DNA from: an uncultured virus (IMG/VR IMGVR_UViG_3300032167_006623)
Lineage: Duplodnaviria > Heunggongvirae > Uroviricota > Caudoviricetes
Direction: 5' to 3' (one strand)
IMG/VR virus record: IMGVR_UViG_3300032167_006623
Length of the DNA stretch: 64,000 bases
Shown here piece after piece: positions 18,050-28,817 of this stretch. Positions within the stretch are counted from its first letter, which is position 1. The number at the start of each line of letters is the position of its first letter. The translations under genes were made by a program, and so were the position numbers. The notes beneath the pieces are model-generated. The model was not told where the DNA came from, made no database searches, and saw only the letters and a list, made by a program, of their open reading frames with translations.

Positions 18050-18361
18050 ATGCGATTTGAAAAAACACTTACAATCGACCATAAAACTGCTGAATTTTAT
18101 GACAAAGTTCTTAATTCCACAGATATGATGGGCGAAGATGACACCTACAGCGAAACTGTCAATTTTGATGACGGTATCGAAATAGATATCAAAATATGCG
18201 GAGCTGACAACGATAAGCCTTGGGTTGAAGCTGTTATGTTCTGTGACGGCTGCGAAGTTTCTTGTTCAGACGTTGAAGATGATATTTACGGTGAATGGGA
18301 TTTCAGTTACTGTGATAACGAATATGTCGTGATTGTAGAAAGAGAATCCATGCCTACATAA
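18050..18361 (+). CDS. Hypothetical acidic protein
   Basis: RBS GGAG; 103 aa. Confidence 0.75.
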   Translation: MRFEKTLTIDHKTAEFYDKVLNSTDMMGEDDTYSETVNFDDGIEIDIKICGADNDKPWVEAVMFCDGCEVSCSDVEDDIYGEWDFSYCDNEYVVIVERESMPT

Positions 18362-18461
18362 TTTCTGTTATGTCCAATTCAATTGCGGGTGAACCGCAAT
18401 CGGATTGGGTATAAGAATATTTTATTATTATTTACAAAACATATGAAAGGATACATCTTTT

Positions 18462-19688
18462 ATGAAGTTCAATTCAATTCTTACAAATTTTGTTGCAAAA
18501 GACCTTGCTGTGGGTAAGATTCCTATGCTTCTCGGTGAACCGGGCATCGGTAAGTCCAGCTGGACGGAAGCCCTTGCTGCTTCTATGCAGACAAAGTGCT
18601 TTACCCTTGCTGTAAATCAGCTTGCAGATAAGGCTGACCTTACAGGTGCAAGACTTGTTCCTACTGGCAATGGCGATAATTACAAGCAGGTTTTCTATCC
18701 TCACGAAGTAATCATGGACGCTGTCGAGTATGCAAACGACCATCCAAGAGAAACACCTATTCTCTTCCTTGATGAAATCAATCGTACTACAGCCGATGTT
18801 ACATCTGCTGCTCTTTCAATTCCTACAATGAGACGTATTGGCTCTGTAAAACTTCCTGCTAACCTCAGGGTTATGATTGCGGGTAATGACAGAGGAAACA
18901 TTACGGCTCTTGACGAAGCTTCCGTTTCCAGATTTGTTCTCTACAGAACAGAACCTGACACTCAGACGTTCCTTGACCTTTATGACGACCTCAATCCGTT
19001 TGTCAGAGCTGTGCTTACAAAGACGCCTGCTCATATCTTCTGTAAGTCACTTGATGTTGCTGTTGCTAATGCAAAGCCTGATGATGACGATGATACAAAG
19101 GAAGAAACACTTTGTATTGATGACATTCTTGAAGACGGTGAAGGAATGCAGCAGATTACAACTCCGAGAACAATCAAGTCTCTTTCTGACTGGCTCAATC
19201 AGTTTGACAAGGCTGAACTGCTTCAGCTTATTGCTACACCTGCTGTTGTCGAAGGCATCAATACTGATACTCTTATGGAAGGTATTGTCGGCCATGCGGG
19301 TTACACCAATTTCTCAGTATGCGTACATGATGAAATCAGACTTAATATGAACACCATGAACGCAAGCTCCGCATCTAAGACACCTAAGGCTCCTCAGTGC
19401 TATGCTGCTCTTAAGTCTCAGACAGATATGAATGCTCTTCAGTCCTATGTTGCAGGACTTAATGAAGCTGAACTTTCAGCAAGCATTGTCTTCGCAATTC
19501 ATGAAAAGGTTGATAATAAGGCTATTCTTCTTGAACTCGTAAAGGTTACAAACAAGATTCTGCCTGACGACATGGGTATGCTTATGAGCATGATTTCCTC
19601 TGAAGATTACGACAGAGAAAACTGGGAAGTTGTAACAAATTCAGGCACCAAGATTGGTACCGTACTCGAAATGTACAGCAATTCCTGA
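18462..19688 (+). CDS. MoxR-like AAA+ ATPase
   Basis: GEPGIGKS, ILFLDEINR, IAGN, LDEASVSRF. Confidence 0.85.
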   Translation: MKFNSILTNFVAKDLAVGKIPMLLGEPGIGKSSWTEALAASMQTKCFTLAVNQLADKADLTGARLVPTGNGDNYKQVFYPHEVIMDAVEYANDHPRETPILFLDEINRTTADVTSAALSIPTMRRIGSVKLPANLRVMIAGNDRGNITALDEASVSRFVLYRTEPDTQTFLDLYDDLNPFVRAVLTKTPAHIFCKSLDVAVANAKPDDDDDTKEETLCIDDILEDGEGMQQITTPRTIKSLSDWLNQFDKAELLQLIATPAVVEGINTDTLMEGIVGHAGYTNFSVCVHDEIRLNMNTMNASSASKTPKAPQCYAALKSQTDMNALQSYVAGLNEAELSASIVFAIHEKVDNKAILLELVKVTNKILPDDMGMLMSMISSEDYDRENWEVVTNSGTKIGTVLEMYSNS

Positions 19689-19752
19689 TTCAATACATAC
19701 GGGCAGCGGCTCTGCCGCTGTCTGTTATCTGAAATTAAGGAGATTATTGTAA

Positions 19753-20031
19753 ATGCTTAAAAAAATCAACCACCATCTGTACATGTGCATTACAGATAAA
19801 GCGGCTTTTTATCTGAGAGAAGTAATTGCAGATTCTGATTCGACCCGAATTTCGACAGCGGGCAACGGCTGGCAGCTGACAATAACAACTCATGGTGTTG
19901 AAACAGAGCTTGCATTGTTTATAACAAGTATTGACGGTTATAATAACAGAACGTCCCATAATCACAAAGTCTGGTCTTTGTCGGAGATTATTCCGGCAGC
20001 TGATGCTATGATTAAAAAAATATTAACGTGA
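19753..20031 (+). CDS. Hypothetical protein (paralog of the N-domain of 21494..22114)
   Basis: RBS AAGGAG; MLKKIN...EIIPAA. Confidence 0.7.
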   Translation: MLKKINHHLYMCITDKAAFYLREVIADSDSTRISTAGNGWQLTITTHGVETELALFITSIDGYNNRTSHNHKVWSLSEIIPAADAMIKKILT

Positions 20032-20044
20032 AAGGACTAAACAT

Positions 20045-20908
20045 ATGTTACGAAAAACAGGAACTATTACTCTTGGTAACAAGATTGCAATCAGTGACCC
20101 CTGCTATGAACTCGGCACTTGGTGTCAGGGTACACTCGAAAATATACTTCCCGGTGAATATAATTGTTCATATAATTATGACGAAAACGAAAGCCGCATA
20201 AGCTTTATTCACATTGCACATTCTTCTTTGTCAAACGATATGCTTAACGAAGCCATCGCAAACAGTGAAGCTGCTGATTTCGAAGTAGGTGTTGACAGTG
20301 GTATGGCAGGTATTTATGACTATGATTATTATGCATCAAATCATGAGCCTGAGCTCAATAAAACATGGTATAACGCTGTTTTTCAGGCTACCAAAAACAT
20401 TCAGCCCAATAAAAACTACAGAAAATTTATGTCTCAAAATTGGTTTTTGGCAATTATTGATGAATATATTGAGTTTATAAGAACCATCATTAAGCCTGAA
20501 GACAATATCAATCTGTATTTTCCTATGTTAAGTGACATAGATGCAATCATGGGCTGCTCACATACTCTTGAATTCGCAGATATTCTTGAAGAAAAGCTTA
20601 AAGCTGTCAATCTCTATGACGGTAAGATAATGAGCGTATCTGATGACATAACTGATAATCAGAAAGCTCTTATTGCTATGGCTGACGTTAAATTTCAAAC
20701 TATGATGGAAAGAACAAGGAACAAGATTCCTAATTCACAGTTTCATCATGATACTATTGAATATCTTCCTGCAACTGTCGATAACAAAGCTTTTGTATCA
20801 CTAAGCGGCTTTGGTGATGGCAGTTATACCTGCTATTTTCATAAAAACGAAAACAATATGATAGATTTCATTGAAATTTATTATTATGACGCTGAAAATG
20901 ACGAATAA
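20045..20908 (+). CDS. DUF4241-like protein
   Basis: ISDPCY, VGVDSGMAG, SGFGDGSY. Confidence 0.7.
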   Translation: MLRKTGTITLGNKIAISDPCYELGTWCQGTLENILPGEYNCSYNYDENESRISFIHIAHSSLSNDMLNEAIANSEAADFEVGVDSGMAGIYDYDYYASNHEPELNKTWYNAVFQATKNIQPNKNYRKFMSQNWFLAIIDEYIEFIRTIIKPEDNINLYFPMLSDIDAIMGCSHTLEFADILEEKLKAVNLYDGKIMSVSDDITDNQKALIAMADVKFQTMMERTRNKIPNSQFHHDTIEYLPATVDNKAFVSLSGFGDGSYTCYFHKNENNMIDFIEIYYYDAENDE

Positions 20909-20928
20909 CAAAACATAAGGAGTTACAT

Positions 20929-21168
20929 ATGACTGAAAAACTTGTATTTACACGACCATCACCTCACCGTTCCGGTAATAAACACCCCACGATTCATATA
21001 AACACTCAATTATATGACACTTTGGTGAGCATAAGCGATGCCACAGGTCTTCCTATTTCAGCTGTTGCAAACAGAATGCTTGAATTTGCGGCAACTCATA
21101 CTGAAATTGTAGATTGCTACCCTATCAGCATGAATAAAAATAGCAATTGTGTTATTTACGGGGGTTAA
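20929..21168 (+). CDS. Small ribbon-helix-helix-like DNA-binding protein
   Basis: TIHIN..LYDTL..ISDATGLPISAVANRMLEFA. Confidence 0.6.
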   Translation: MTEKLVFTRPSPHRSGNKHPTIHINTQLYDTLVSISDATGLPISAVANRMLEFAATHTEIVDCYPISMNKNSNCVIYGG

Positions 21169-21176
21169 TAAACAAT

Positions 21177-21470
21177 ATGAATACCAAAACCTATTTTGTA
21201 AAAGCCTTTGAAGAGGAACTGGGTACAAATTTGTACATCGTAACCTCAGACAAGAGTGAAGAAGAAACAATGGCTATACTTGAAATGGCCGCAAAGTATT
21301 CAACTGTGGATACTGACCTCGATATTGAAGCCGGCATTGCTGAATATGATGAGTATTATGAAGAAATTATCAATAATCAGGAATGCGGATTATACAAGTT
21401 CGAACAGTATGTTGAACTGAGAGGTCTCGAAATCAAGCCTCTCAATTTCGATTTTGAATTTGAATGGTAA
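21177..21470 (+). CDS. Hypothetical protein
   Basis: Acidic ORF within the operon. Confidence 0.7.
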   Translation: MNTKTYFVKAFEEELGTNLYIVTSDKSEEETMAILEMAAKYSTVDTDLDIEAGIAEYDEYYEEIINNQECGLYKFEQYVELRGLEIKPLNFDFEFEW

Positions 21471-21493
21471 AACGAAAATCAAAAGGAGTCACT

Positions 21494-22114
21494 ATGCTTA
21501 AGAAAATCAACAATGAATACTATCATTTTCATGATAATAAGACAGGCTCTGATTTTACGCTGAAATGCGGAGCTGTCGGTGTTTGTGCATCAGGTCGCTG
21601 CTGGCGTCTCAAGTTTGCTATCAATGGCGTTGAAAACGTCATCGCTTGTTTTGTGACAATTGACGATGGACAGAACTATTACAAACATTGTTATGGTAAA
21701 AGACTTTGGAAGAGTTTCTTTCATGAAATTCTACCTGCAGCCAACCAAATGATTGTGAATATAATCGGATATGACCCTCGGTCAAACAATGATGACGATA
21801 CTGACTCACAGCCAAAATCCGTTTCTGATGAAAAGCCTTCGGCAGCTTTGGCTATTCGTACTGATAAAAAGTCAAATGCTGCATACTGGGATGCAATTGA
21901 TGATGTTGTTTTCTCTTGCATCAAAGAACTTGCTCAGTATTCGGTAAATTCCGACACAAAGCTTGTCTTTGATGAAGATGATGAAGATGAGAATGAGAAC
22001 ACAACGTTCTGTGACCTGTTTGGTGACGGCGTCGTTGGCGAAGCACGTGATATTATAATCAAGTATTTTGAAGAAAACGGTGCTGAATTTCCATTTGTAA
22101 ATGAAAATATGTAA
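21494..22114 (+). CDS. Hypothetical two-domain protein
   Basis: RBS AAGGAG; MLKKIN...EILPAA. Confidence 0.7.
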   Translation: MLKKINNEYYHFHDNKTGSDFTLKCGAVGVCASGRCWRLKFAINGVENVIACFVTIDDGQNYYKHCYGKRLWKSFFHEILPAANQMIVNIIGYDPRSNNDDDTDSQPKSVSDEKPSAALAIRTDKKSNAAYWDAIDDVVFSCIKELAQYSVNSDTKLVFDEDDEDENENTTFCDLFGDGVVGEARDIIIKYFEENGAEFPFVNENM

Positions 22115-22129
22115 TGGAGAATCAAACTC

Positions 22130-22411
22130 ATGAAAAATATAAAACAAAATCAACTGAAAAAATGCATTTGTGTCAGTCTTGATGAATTTGACAAAATTAT
22201 CAGAACAATTTTTAATGAAAAAGTGCATGTGACTTGTGATTATGAAGGTCTTTCTATCGATTATGCAGACGATACGGATGGTTTGTTTACTGACGACCAT
22301 GACGTTTTGGCTGCGCTTTCAGAATATTTTGACACTGATGTTACCTCATATCATTGTGACAATTGCGAATTAAACATAGGTGTCTGGATTTGTTACAAGG
22401 AAAAATTATAA
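22130..22411 (+). CDS. Hypothetical protein
   Basis: RBS GGAG. Confidence 0.7.
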   Translation: MKNIKQNQLKKCICVSLDEFDKIIRTIFNEKVHVTCDYEGLSIDYADDTDGLFTDDHDVLAALSEYFDTDVTSYHCDNCELNIGVWICYKEKL

Positions 22412-22430
22412 CAAAGAAAGGAGCTCCAAA

Positions 22431-24086
22431 ATGAGCATCAGAGTACATAATCAGAAGCCGGGAGAGCTTTCTGCCGTATATAAGCCCTCTATTGTCGGCG
22501 ATTATGATGTACATAAATATATGACTGATGTTTTTCAGTCAGTTCTTCGTGAACCTATGGTTCCATCTTCACCTGTTCGTATCGAACAAAACGGTCATGA
22601 CATGACTGACGCCGATATCAATGACCTCATGCTCAGATGCTGCACTGGTTCGGTAAATACCAATGCAGAAGATGATTGCCGCAGTTTGTTTGCACAGACA
22701 TTACAGCATTACAACCCCAATACAAAGCTGCTGCTCAAAGACGTATTTGCGGTTTCATACGGAGCCAAGACAGGTCTTGATGAACCTGACCCCGTGACCA
22801 TATACACACCTGCCACTGATATTATCCCTGTTTCTACAAGATTTCTTGCAGGAACAGTGAGTTATGAAGAATTCTTTGCTACGTTCTCATATTACTGTCG
22901 TTTTGAAGCTTTTGGTGTATATTTCGTAAACGAAACAGCCTTTGACGACTTCAAGACATGGTTTCAGGGCATGGTCAATACTATTCAGGGCAACTTATCG
23001 ACAGATTGTCAGGCGCTTATATCCGATTTTATGGCTATGGACCTTAAGGGTCTTACAGAAAGCTTTAAGATTCGAGATACAGAAACCGATAATCTTGACG
23101 AATTTTGCTTTGCTCGTGTCCTCATTGCTCATTTGATGACATATTTTGGTACAACAGCCCTTGCAGGTATTATGCCTTTTGATTTTGATGAGCTGTTTTG
23201 TCCCAAGAATATCGTATTCATCAATGTTGAGCGTTTTGCTCATGCTTCACCTGCGGCTATTGCGAACGAAATCAAGGACATCAATTCATCCATTGATATC
23301 ATGAATAAAGTCAAAATGATTTCAAATCGTAAGCTTAATAAGCTGGCACCTGTTGCAAGAAATCTTCGTAAGAGTCAGGCAATGGCTATTCAGGCAGCGG
23401 CAAACAATGCTCCGATAAACAGAGCAAGCCGTGTAGCTTTCAAGAAGCGTATTATGACTCATACTGAATACCTTGTGTCTATCAATAAGATTCTCAATAA
23501 AATGAAGACTGAAAAGATGACACAGAACATTTATAAAGCTGTAAAACCAAGCTTTGCAAAGCCTAATCGCCGTGACCCCGATAACTATAATCTTCAGGGC
23601 AAAATCGTTTCAACCAAGTACAGACCTGATATTCATTTGTATCTGGATACTTCGGGAAGTATTTCCGAAGAAAATTACGAAGCAAGCGTTAAACTTGCAA
23701 TCCTGCTTGCCAAAAAGCTTAATGTCAATCTGTATTTCAACACATTCTCTCATGTTATGTCACAGACAAAGCTGCTTAAATGTGCCGGAAAATCCGTTTC
23801 TCAGATTTATGCTGAATTTCAGAATACAGCTAAGGTCACAGGCGGTACCGATTTTGAACAGATATGGCGTTTTATCAATGGCAACAAAAAGCGTGAAGCT
23901 GAATTCAGCATCATGATTACAGACTTTGAATGGGCTGCTCGAAGCGCATTCATTAAACATCCGAAAAATCTCTACTACATGCCCTGTGCCAATATGAACT
24001 GGAGTATGATTTGTGATAATGCTGAATATTTCATTAAATCATGCGAACACAATGACCCTAATATCAGGGCTCACATTTTGGCATAA
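22431..24086 (+). CDS. vWA (MIDAS) domain protein
   Basis: LYLDTSGSIS, TGGTDF, MITD. Confidence 0.85.
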   Translation: MSIRVHNQKPGELSAVYKPSIVGDYDVHKYMTDVFQSVLREPMVPSSPVRIEQNGHDMTDADINDLMLRCCTGSVNTNAEDDCRSLFAQTLQHYNPNTKLLLKDVFAVSYGAKTGLDEPDPVTIYTPATDIIPVSTRFLAGTVSYEEFFATFSYYCRFEAFGVYFVNETAFDDFKTWFQGMVNTIQGNLSTDCQALISDFMAMDLKGLTESFKIRDTETDNLDEFCFARVLIAHLMTYFGTTALAGIMPFDFDELFCPKNIVFINVERFAHASPAAIANEIKDINSSIDIMNKVKMISNRKLNKLAPVARNLRKSQAMAIQAAANNAPINRASRVAFKKRIMTHTEYLVSINKILNKMKTEKMTQNIYKAVKPSFAKPNRRDPDNYNLQGKIVSTKYRPDIHLYLDTSGSISEENYEASVKLAILLAKKLNVNLYFNTFSHVMSQTKLLKCAGKSVSQIYAEFQNTAKVTGGTDFEQIWRFINGNKKREAEFSIMITDFEWAARSAFIKHPKNLYYMPCANMNWSMICDNAEYFIKSCEHNDPNIRAHILA

Positions 24087-24104
24087 TGCAAGAAAGGATA
24101 TACA

Positions 24105-25961
24105 ATGCCTCTTGGAAATTTAACAGGTAATACGAATCCAAACAATAATGGTGGCGGAATTCCCCCTTCCGCCCCCATCATGGTATCACCATTTTCTTCA
24201 TCGAATGATGGCAACCCTGCTCTTGAGCTTCTTGTAAATCTTAATGATGAATGCAAGAACTCAGGAACTATACTGTTTCGTGACAATGTCATCAGACAGA
24301 CACTTTCTACGCTTATCTGCAAGAATAAGCCTAACGCTTTGCTCATCGGTGCCGCAGGCGTAGGTAAGACCAAAATTGTCGAAGATATTGCCTATCGTCT
24401 TGCCAATGACGACCCTCTTGTTCCTGACAAGCTTAAGGGCTTTACAGTCTATGAACTGCCCATTTCAAACATTATGTCCGGAAGCAGTCTTGTGGGACAG
24501 CTTGAACAGAAAACCAAGGATGTAATTGACTTTGCATCAGACCCTAAGAATAAGGTAATTCTGTTCATTGATGAACTTCATCAGATTGTTGGCGGCGGTC
24601 ATAATAACGACCATTATCAGAAGATTGCGCAGATACTCAAGCCTGCTCTTGCAAGAGGCAGTTTTCACTGTATCGGTGCAACTACTCTTCAGGAAAGCAC
24701 AAATCTGTTTGAAGACCCTGCGTTTAACCGTCGATTCTCCCGTATTATCGTTGATGAATTGACTCAGGCTCAGACTACAGCTGTTCTTCAGCATAGTCTC
24801 ATCGGCTATCTCAATCACTATGAAAATAAATTCACAATTTCTGATGCTGCTTTGGAAGCAATTGTGCCAATTGCTGACCAGTATGTGAGCATCGGGTCTC
24901 ATCGACCTGATAATGCTTTAACGTTGCTTGACCGTGCTATTGCAAATGAATTGCTTGCTCGTAAAATCAAGGAAGCCGAACTCACATCAAAGCTTTCCGA
25001 CCCCGACCCGACTATTGTTCAGGCTGCTCAGCAGGCATTGGTCGCTCTCAACTCAATGGCTTATGTCAATATTACTGAATCAAAAATTCGTAACACGGCT
25101 ATTCGTATGATGAAGGGCAATGCTGAACAGGAAGCTATTGATTTTGATATTCTGAGACAGAACTTGACTCATATTAAGGGTCAGGATGATGTTATTGATA
25201 AAATCCTCAAGGTTATCCGTAATCACGACAGGGGTCTTTTCCCGACCAAAAAGCCTGCCACCTTCTTGTTTGCGGGCACATCAGGCGTCGGCAAAACAGA
25301 AATCACAAAAATCATTGCCAAGACCATCACAGGCAAAAAGCCTATCATACTCAATATGACCGAATATAGCCATAGCTCTGCTATCAGCAATATTATCGGC
25401 TCAAATATCGGTCTCGTCGGCAGTGATTCCAAGGCAGAGCTGCCATTCGACTGTCTCGAATCCAATCCTTATCAGATTATCCTTCTCGATGAATTTGAAA
25501 AGGCTCATAAGGAAGTACAGAGATTGTTCATGCGAGTATTCGATGAAGGTCTGCTTCAAACCAACAGAGGTACTACTATTGATTTCTCAAAGGCAATTGT
25601 CATTGCCACCACCAATGCCGCTCATAAGGAAGTAAAGAAGTCTCTCGGCTTTGGTGAAAAGCGTTCGTCGCATAAATCCACAGAAATTGAAGAACTGAAG
25701 AGATGGTTCGATACCGAACTTATCAACCGCTTTGAACATATCATCAGCTTCAATACTATCTCAGTAGATACTTACATCGATATCATTAAGGACATTTATG
25801 CTTCCGAATCTGCTCGTATTGCGAAAATGAGTCATTCGTTCAATCTCAAGCCTGAGATTGATGACGCTGACTTACAGAAAATGCGTGATGAATACATTGA
25901 AGACTTTGGTGCCAGACCTGCTTTCAATATTGTCCGCGAATACATTGAAAATCAGTTATAA
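24105..25961 (+). CDS. Two-AAA Clp/Hsp100 ATPase lacking the N-domain
   Basis: GAAGVGKT/ILFIDELH; GTSGVGKT/ILLDEFEK; SLGF loop; ELINRF; FGARP. Confidence 0.9.
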   Translation: MPLGNLTGNTNPNNNGGGIPPSAPIMVSPFSSSNDGNPALELLVNLNDECKNSGTILFRDNVIRQTLSTLICKNKPNALLIGAAGVGKTKIVEDIAYRLANDDPLVPDKLKGFTVYELPISNIMSGSSLVGQLEQKTKDVIDFASDPKNKVILFIDELHQIVGGGHNNDHYQKIAQILKPALARGSFHCIGATTLQESTNLFEDPAFNRRFSRIIVDELTQAQTTAVLQHSLIGYLNHYENKFTISDAALEAIVPIADQYVSIGSHRPDNALTLLDRAIANELLARKIKEAELTSKLSDPDPTIVQAAQQALVALNSMAYVNITESKIRNTAIRMMKGNAEQEAIDFDILRQNLTHIKGQDDVIDKILKVIRNHDRGLFPTKKPATFLFAGTSGVGKTEITKIIAKTITGKKPIILNMTEYSHSSAISNIIGSNIGLVGSDSKAELPFDCLESNPYQIILLDEFEKAHKEVQRLFMRVFDEGLLQTNRGTTIDFSKAIVIATTNAAHKEVKKSLGFGEKRSSHKSTEIEELKRWFDTELINRFEHIISFNTISVDTYIDIIKDIYASESARIAKMSHSFNLKPEIDDADLQKMRDEYIEDFGARPAFNIVREYIENQL

Positions 25962-26049
25962 TTTCATGACAACACTACTGTCTGCCCCATGGGGCGGGCA
26001 GACGGGAGTGTTTTAAAATATTTATATCATAAGAAAGGAAATAATCTTT

Positions 26050-28698
26050 ATGCCTATTAAAATCAACGGTGATGCGGCATCGGTTGCATCCGTGAGCAAG
26101 CAGATTTATTCCGCTAAATTTTTCAGTAAGGATATTACGGGCTCAGGAAAAGCCACAGGTCTTCTCAATCAGACAATATTTCCGGCAAATATACCTGCTA
26201 AGACGCCTACAAACGTGCATGCCCCTCATTGGCATATCCGCACTGAAACCAACAAATACAATAAACTTACATCTTATCCTCTCAATCCTTTGGGAAGCTA
26301 TGCTCCCCTTTATATCAAGGATGCTGTAAACTTTGATGCCTCTTGGTGTCCTGTGACTTCAAATAAGTCATATAATTATGTACAGCTTGTGCCTGTCGAA
26401 TTCACAATCATCGAATCCTTGGCTACAGCTGCTGCTAATCAGAATACAACAAATAACATTCAGACAGGTAAGCGTTGTGCTGTTAATTATGCTCTCCTTT
26501 GTTTCAGCGTTGACAATACTCCCGATAAGCATACAACTCTTGTTGAATGCTATTATACGGAAAATCCTCTTGAAACATTCGGCACACTCGGTCTTTCAAA
26601 TACCGATATGAATGCCTTCCATAACTACCTGATGACATATAATACTCATTCGGAGATTTGTCATCTCAGCGAAATATGGCAGACAACTCTTATTGATACG
26701 ATTATCAAGGCTTATGATAATGACCCTACAAATTTCCCTGTCGACCGCATCATTCGCTTCATTGCTCAATACAAAGTCACTCTGCAGCAGTATAAGGATT
26801 TCTATGCCGCTCTTACACAGCGTTTTACACCTGATGTAATAAAATCCTTCACCAAAATGAATACCAGTCTTCTGCTTCAGGCAACATTGAACAATTTGTC
26901 ACAGACTCCGTTCGCTACGCTTCCTGCTCCGGGTTCTACGAACAAGCATCTTGATTTAAGCTGGTGTTCCAAGGAACAGTTTGATGCCATTACATCTGCT
27001 GACCCTCTTAATCTGGTTCAGGCCGGTGCAGGTACAGGTAAGTCGACCGTTATCAAGTCACGACTCGATTATCTTGACTATCTGGGTATTGACCTTAATA
27101 AAGTAATGGTTCTCAGCTTTACAAATGCGGCTGCCGATAATATCAAGGCAAGATGTCCCAGTATTCAGTCAATGACTATTGCGAAGATGATTGATACCAT
27201 CTATACAAAGAATCACCCTACACATCAGCTGTCACAGGCTCAGTCCAAGCGTGGTGAAGGTTCCACCTTTACGAACTCTTTGGAGCTCTATAAAGGCAGT
27301 ATTCCTCTTATTCCTGAGCTTATTGAAGCTACAAACAGAGCTGAGCATCGCAATGACTATGCTACTCTGCTTCGTCTTGTGGAAGAAAACTATGACGCAA
27401 TCATTAAAATTCTCGATACGGTTGGTCAGACAACGTTCCATCTTGAAATCATCATCTGTTATCTTGAGCACGCGACAATGACTATTCCGTTCAATATTGA
27501 ACATCTGCTTATTGACGAAGTACAGGATAATGCTGTGTTTGAGTTCATTTTCTTCCTGAATCTGACTTATAAGCTTCATAATCATCTGTATCTCGTAGGT
27601 GACTGCTCTCAGACACTTTATGAATTCCGTGCTTCGGACCCTAAGGCAATCAATGCTATTGAAAGCTCAGGCTTGTTCTCTACCTTCCCTCTCAATATCA
27701 ACTATCGTTCCAATCAGAACATTCTTCAGTTTGCAAACGTGCTTCTTGATGACATTGAAGCAAACCAGTATGCAAATATTCAGCTTCAGTCTTTCAAGCT
27801 TAATCCTATCACAAAGCAGAGCTTTTCTGAAGCGGTTACGGTCATGTATAACCGTCTGAACAAGATATCTGAAATGGAAGATTGGGTCTGCCGCAAGCTT
27901 CGTGAGCCTGATATGGATGAATGGATTAAGGACAAGCTTGATAAAAAGGAACAGATTTGCGTCCTTTGCTATAAGCGTCGTGAAGCAGCTATGTTCCAGA
28001 GAGAACTTGAAAAGCTTTATCCTAAGGCAAAGTTTGTAAGCATCATTCCTGCCAAGAGTTCAACTTTTGCTTACTTCAGCCGTTATGTATCGGGAAACAG
28101 ACAGCAGCTCCTCGCATTACCCACAACCAATGTTAAGGACCTTTGCAGTCGCATTCGTGCTGAAATCATTGCAAATCTGTCCAACTGTCATATTACACCG
28201 TCAACCAAGAACTACAATCAGATTGTGACGAATGTAAACGCTATGCTTCAGGAATGGCAGGTTGCCAATATCGATGTACTTCAGGATGCTCTCACTCAGT
28301 TCCATGCCAGAACAATCACTCATGACAGACTTGCTGAAATCATAGGTGAAACACTCATCGATTTTGAAATTCAGAAAAATGCTATCAGACAGACATTCCT
28401 GTCACAGAAAAATGCTAACAAAAAGGAAGACACAGACAATGCTGATTTTGTATTTTCTACTATACATTCTGCTAAAGGCCTTGAATTTGACAATGTAATT
28501 CTGCTTTACCAGAATAAGAATCAGATGGAAGAAGACGTAAAGCGTATGTATTATGTGGCTTTGACAAGAGCCAAGAAAAGTGAATTTGTATTATCCTATG
28601 ATACTGTTCTGAATGCTATTGTTAAGACACGTTATGATGCTGTTATGGCTCGTCTTCCCGACGCAACACTCACAGGTATGGCTGTCGGTTCCCCCTGA
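26050..28698 (+). CDS. UvrD/PcrA-like SF1 helicase with N-terminal extension
   Basis: AGAGTGKS, DEVQD, VGDCSQTLYEFR, NYRS, TIHSAKGLEFD, YVALTRAK. Confidence 0.9.
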   Translation: MPIKINGDAASVASVSKQIYSAKFFSKDITGSGKATGLLNQTIFPANIPAKTPTNVHAPHWHIRTETNKYNKLTSYPLNPLGSYAPLYIKDAVNFDASWCPVTSNKSYNYVQLVPVEFTIIESLATAAANQNTTNNIQTGKRCAVNYALLCFSVDNTPDKHTTLVECYYTENPLETFGTLGLSNTDMNAFHNYLMTYNTHSEICHLSEIWQTTLIDTIIKAYDNDPTNFPVDRIIRFIAQYKVTLQQYKDFYAALTQRFTPDVIKSFTKMNTSLLLQATLNNLSQTPFATLPAPGSTNKHLDLSWCSKEQFDAITSADPLNLVQAGAGTGKSTVIKSRLDYLDYLGIDLNKVMVLSFTNAAADNIKARCPSIQSMTIAKMIDTIYTKNHPTHQLSQAQSKRGEGSTFTNSLELYKGSIPLIPELIEATNRAEHRNDYATLLRLVEENYDAIIKILDTVGQTTFHLEIIICYLEHATMTIPFNIEHLLIDEVQDNAVFEFIFFLNLTYKLHNHLYLVGDCSQTLYEFRASDPKAINAIESSGLFSTFPLNINYRSNQNILQFANVLLDDIEANQYANIQLQSFKLNPITKQSFSEAVTVMYNRLNKISEMEDWVCRKLREPDMDEWIKDKLDKKEQICVLCYKRREAAMFQRELEKLYPKAKFVSIIPAKSSTFAYFSRYVSGNRQQLLALPTTNVKDLCSRIRAEIIANLSNCHITPSTKNYNQIVTNVNAMLQEWQVANIDVLQDALTQFHARTITHDRLAEIIGETLIDFEIQKNAIRQTFLSQKNANKKEDTDNADFVFSTIHSAKGLEFDNVILLYQNKNQMEEDVKRMYYVALTRAKKSEFVLSYDTVLNAIVKTRYDAVMARLPDATLTGMAVGSP

Positions 28699-28817
28699 TT
28701 AAATCAAATATTTACATACGGGCGTTTCTGAACGCCTGTGTGTAATATATTTACAAACTGTAACTATCGTAAAGTGAAATACCTTTACAGATAAATTTGA
28801 TTGAAAGGAGACTTAAT

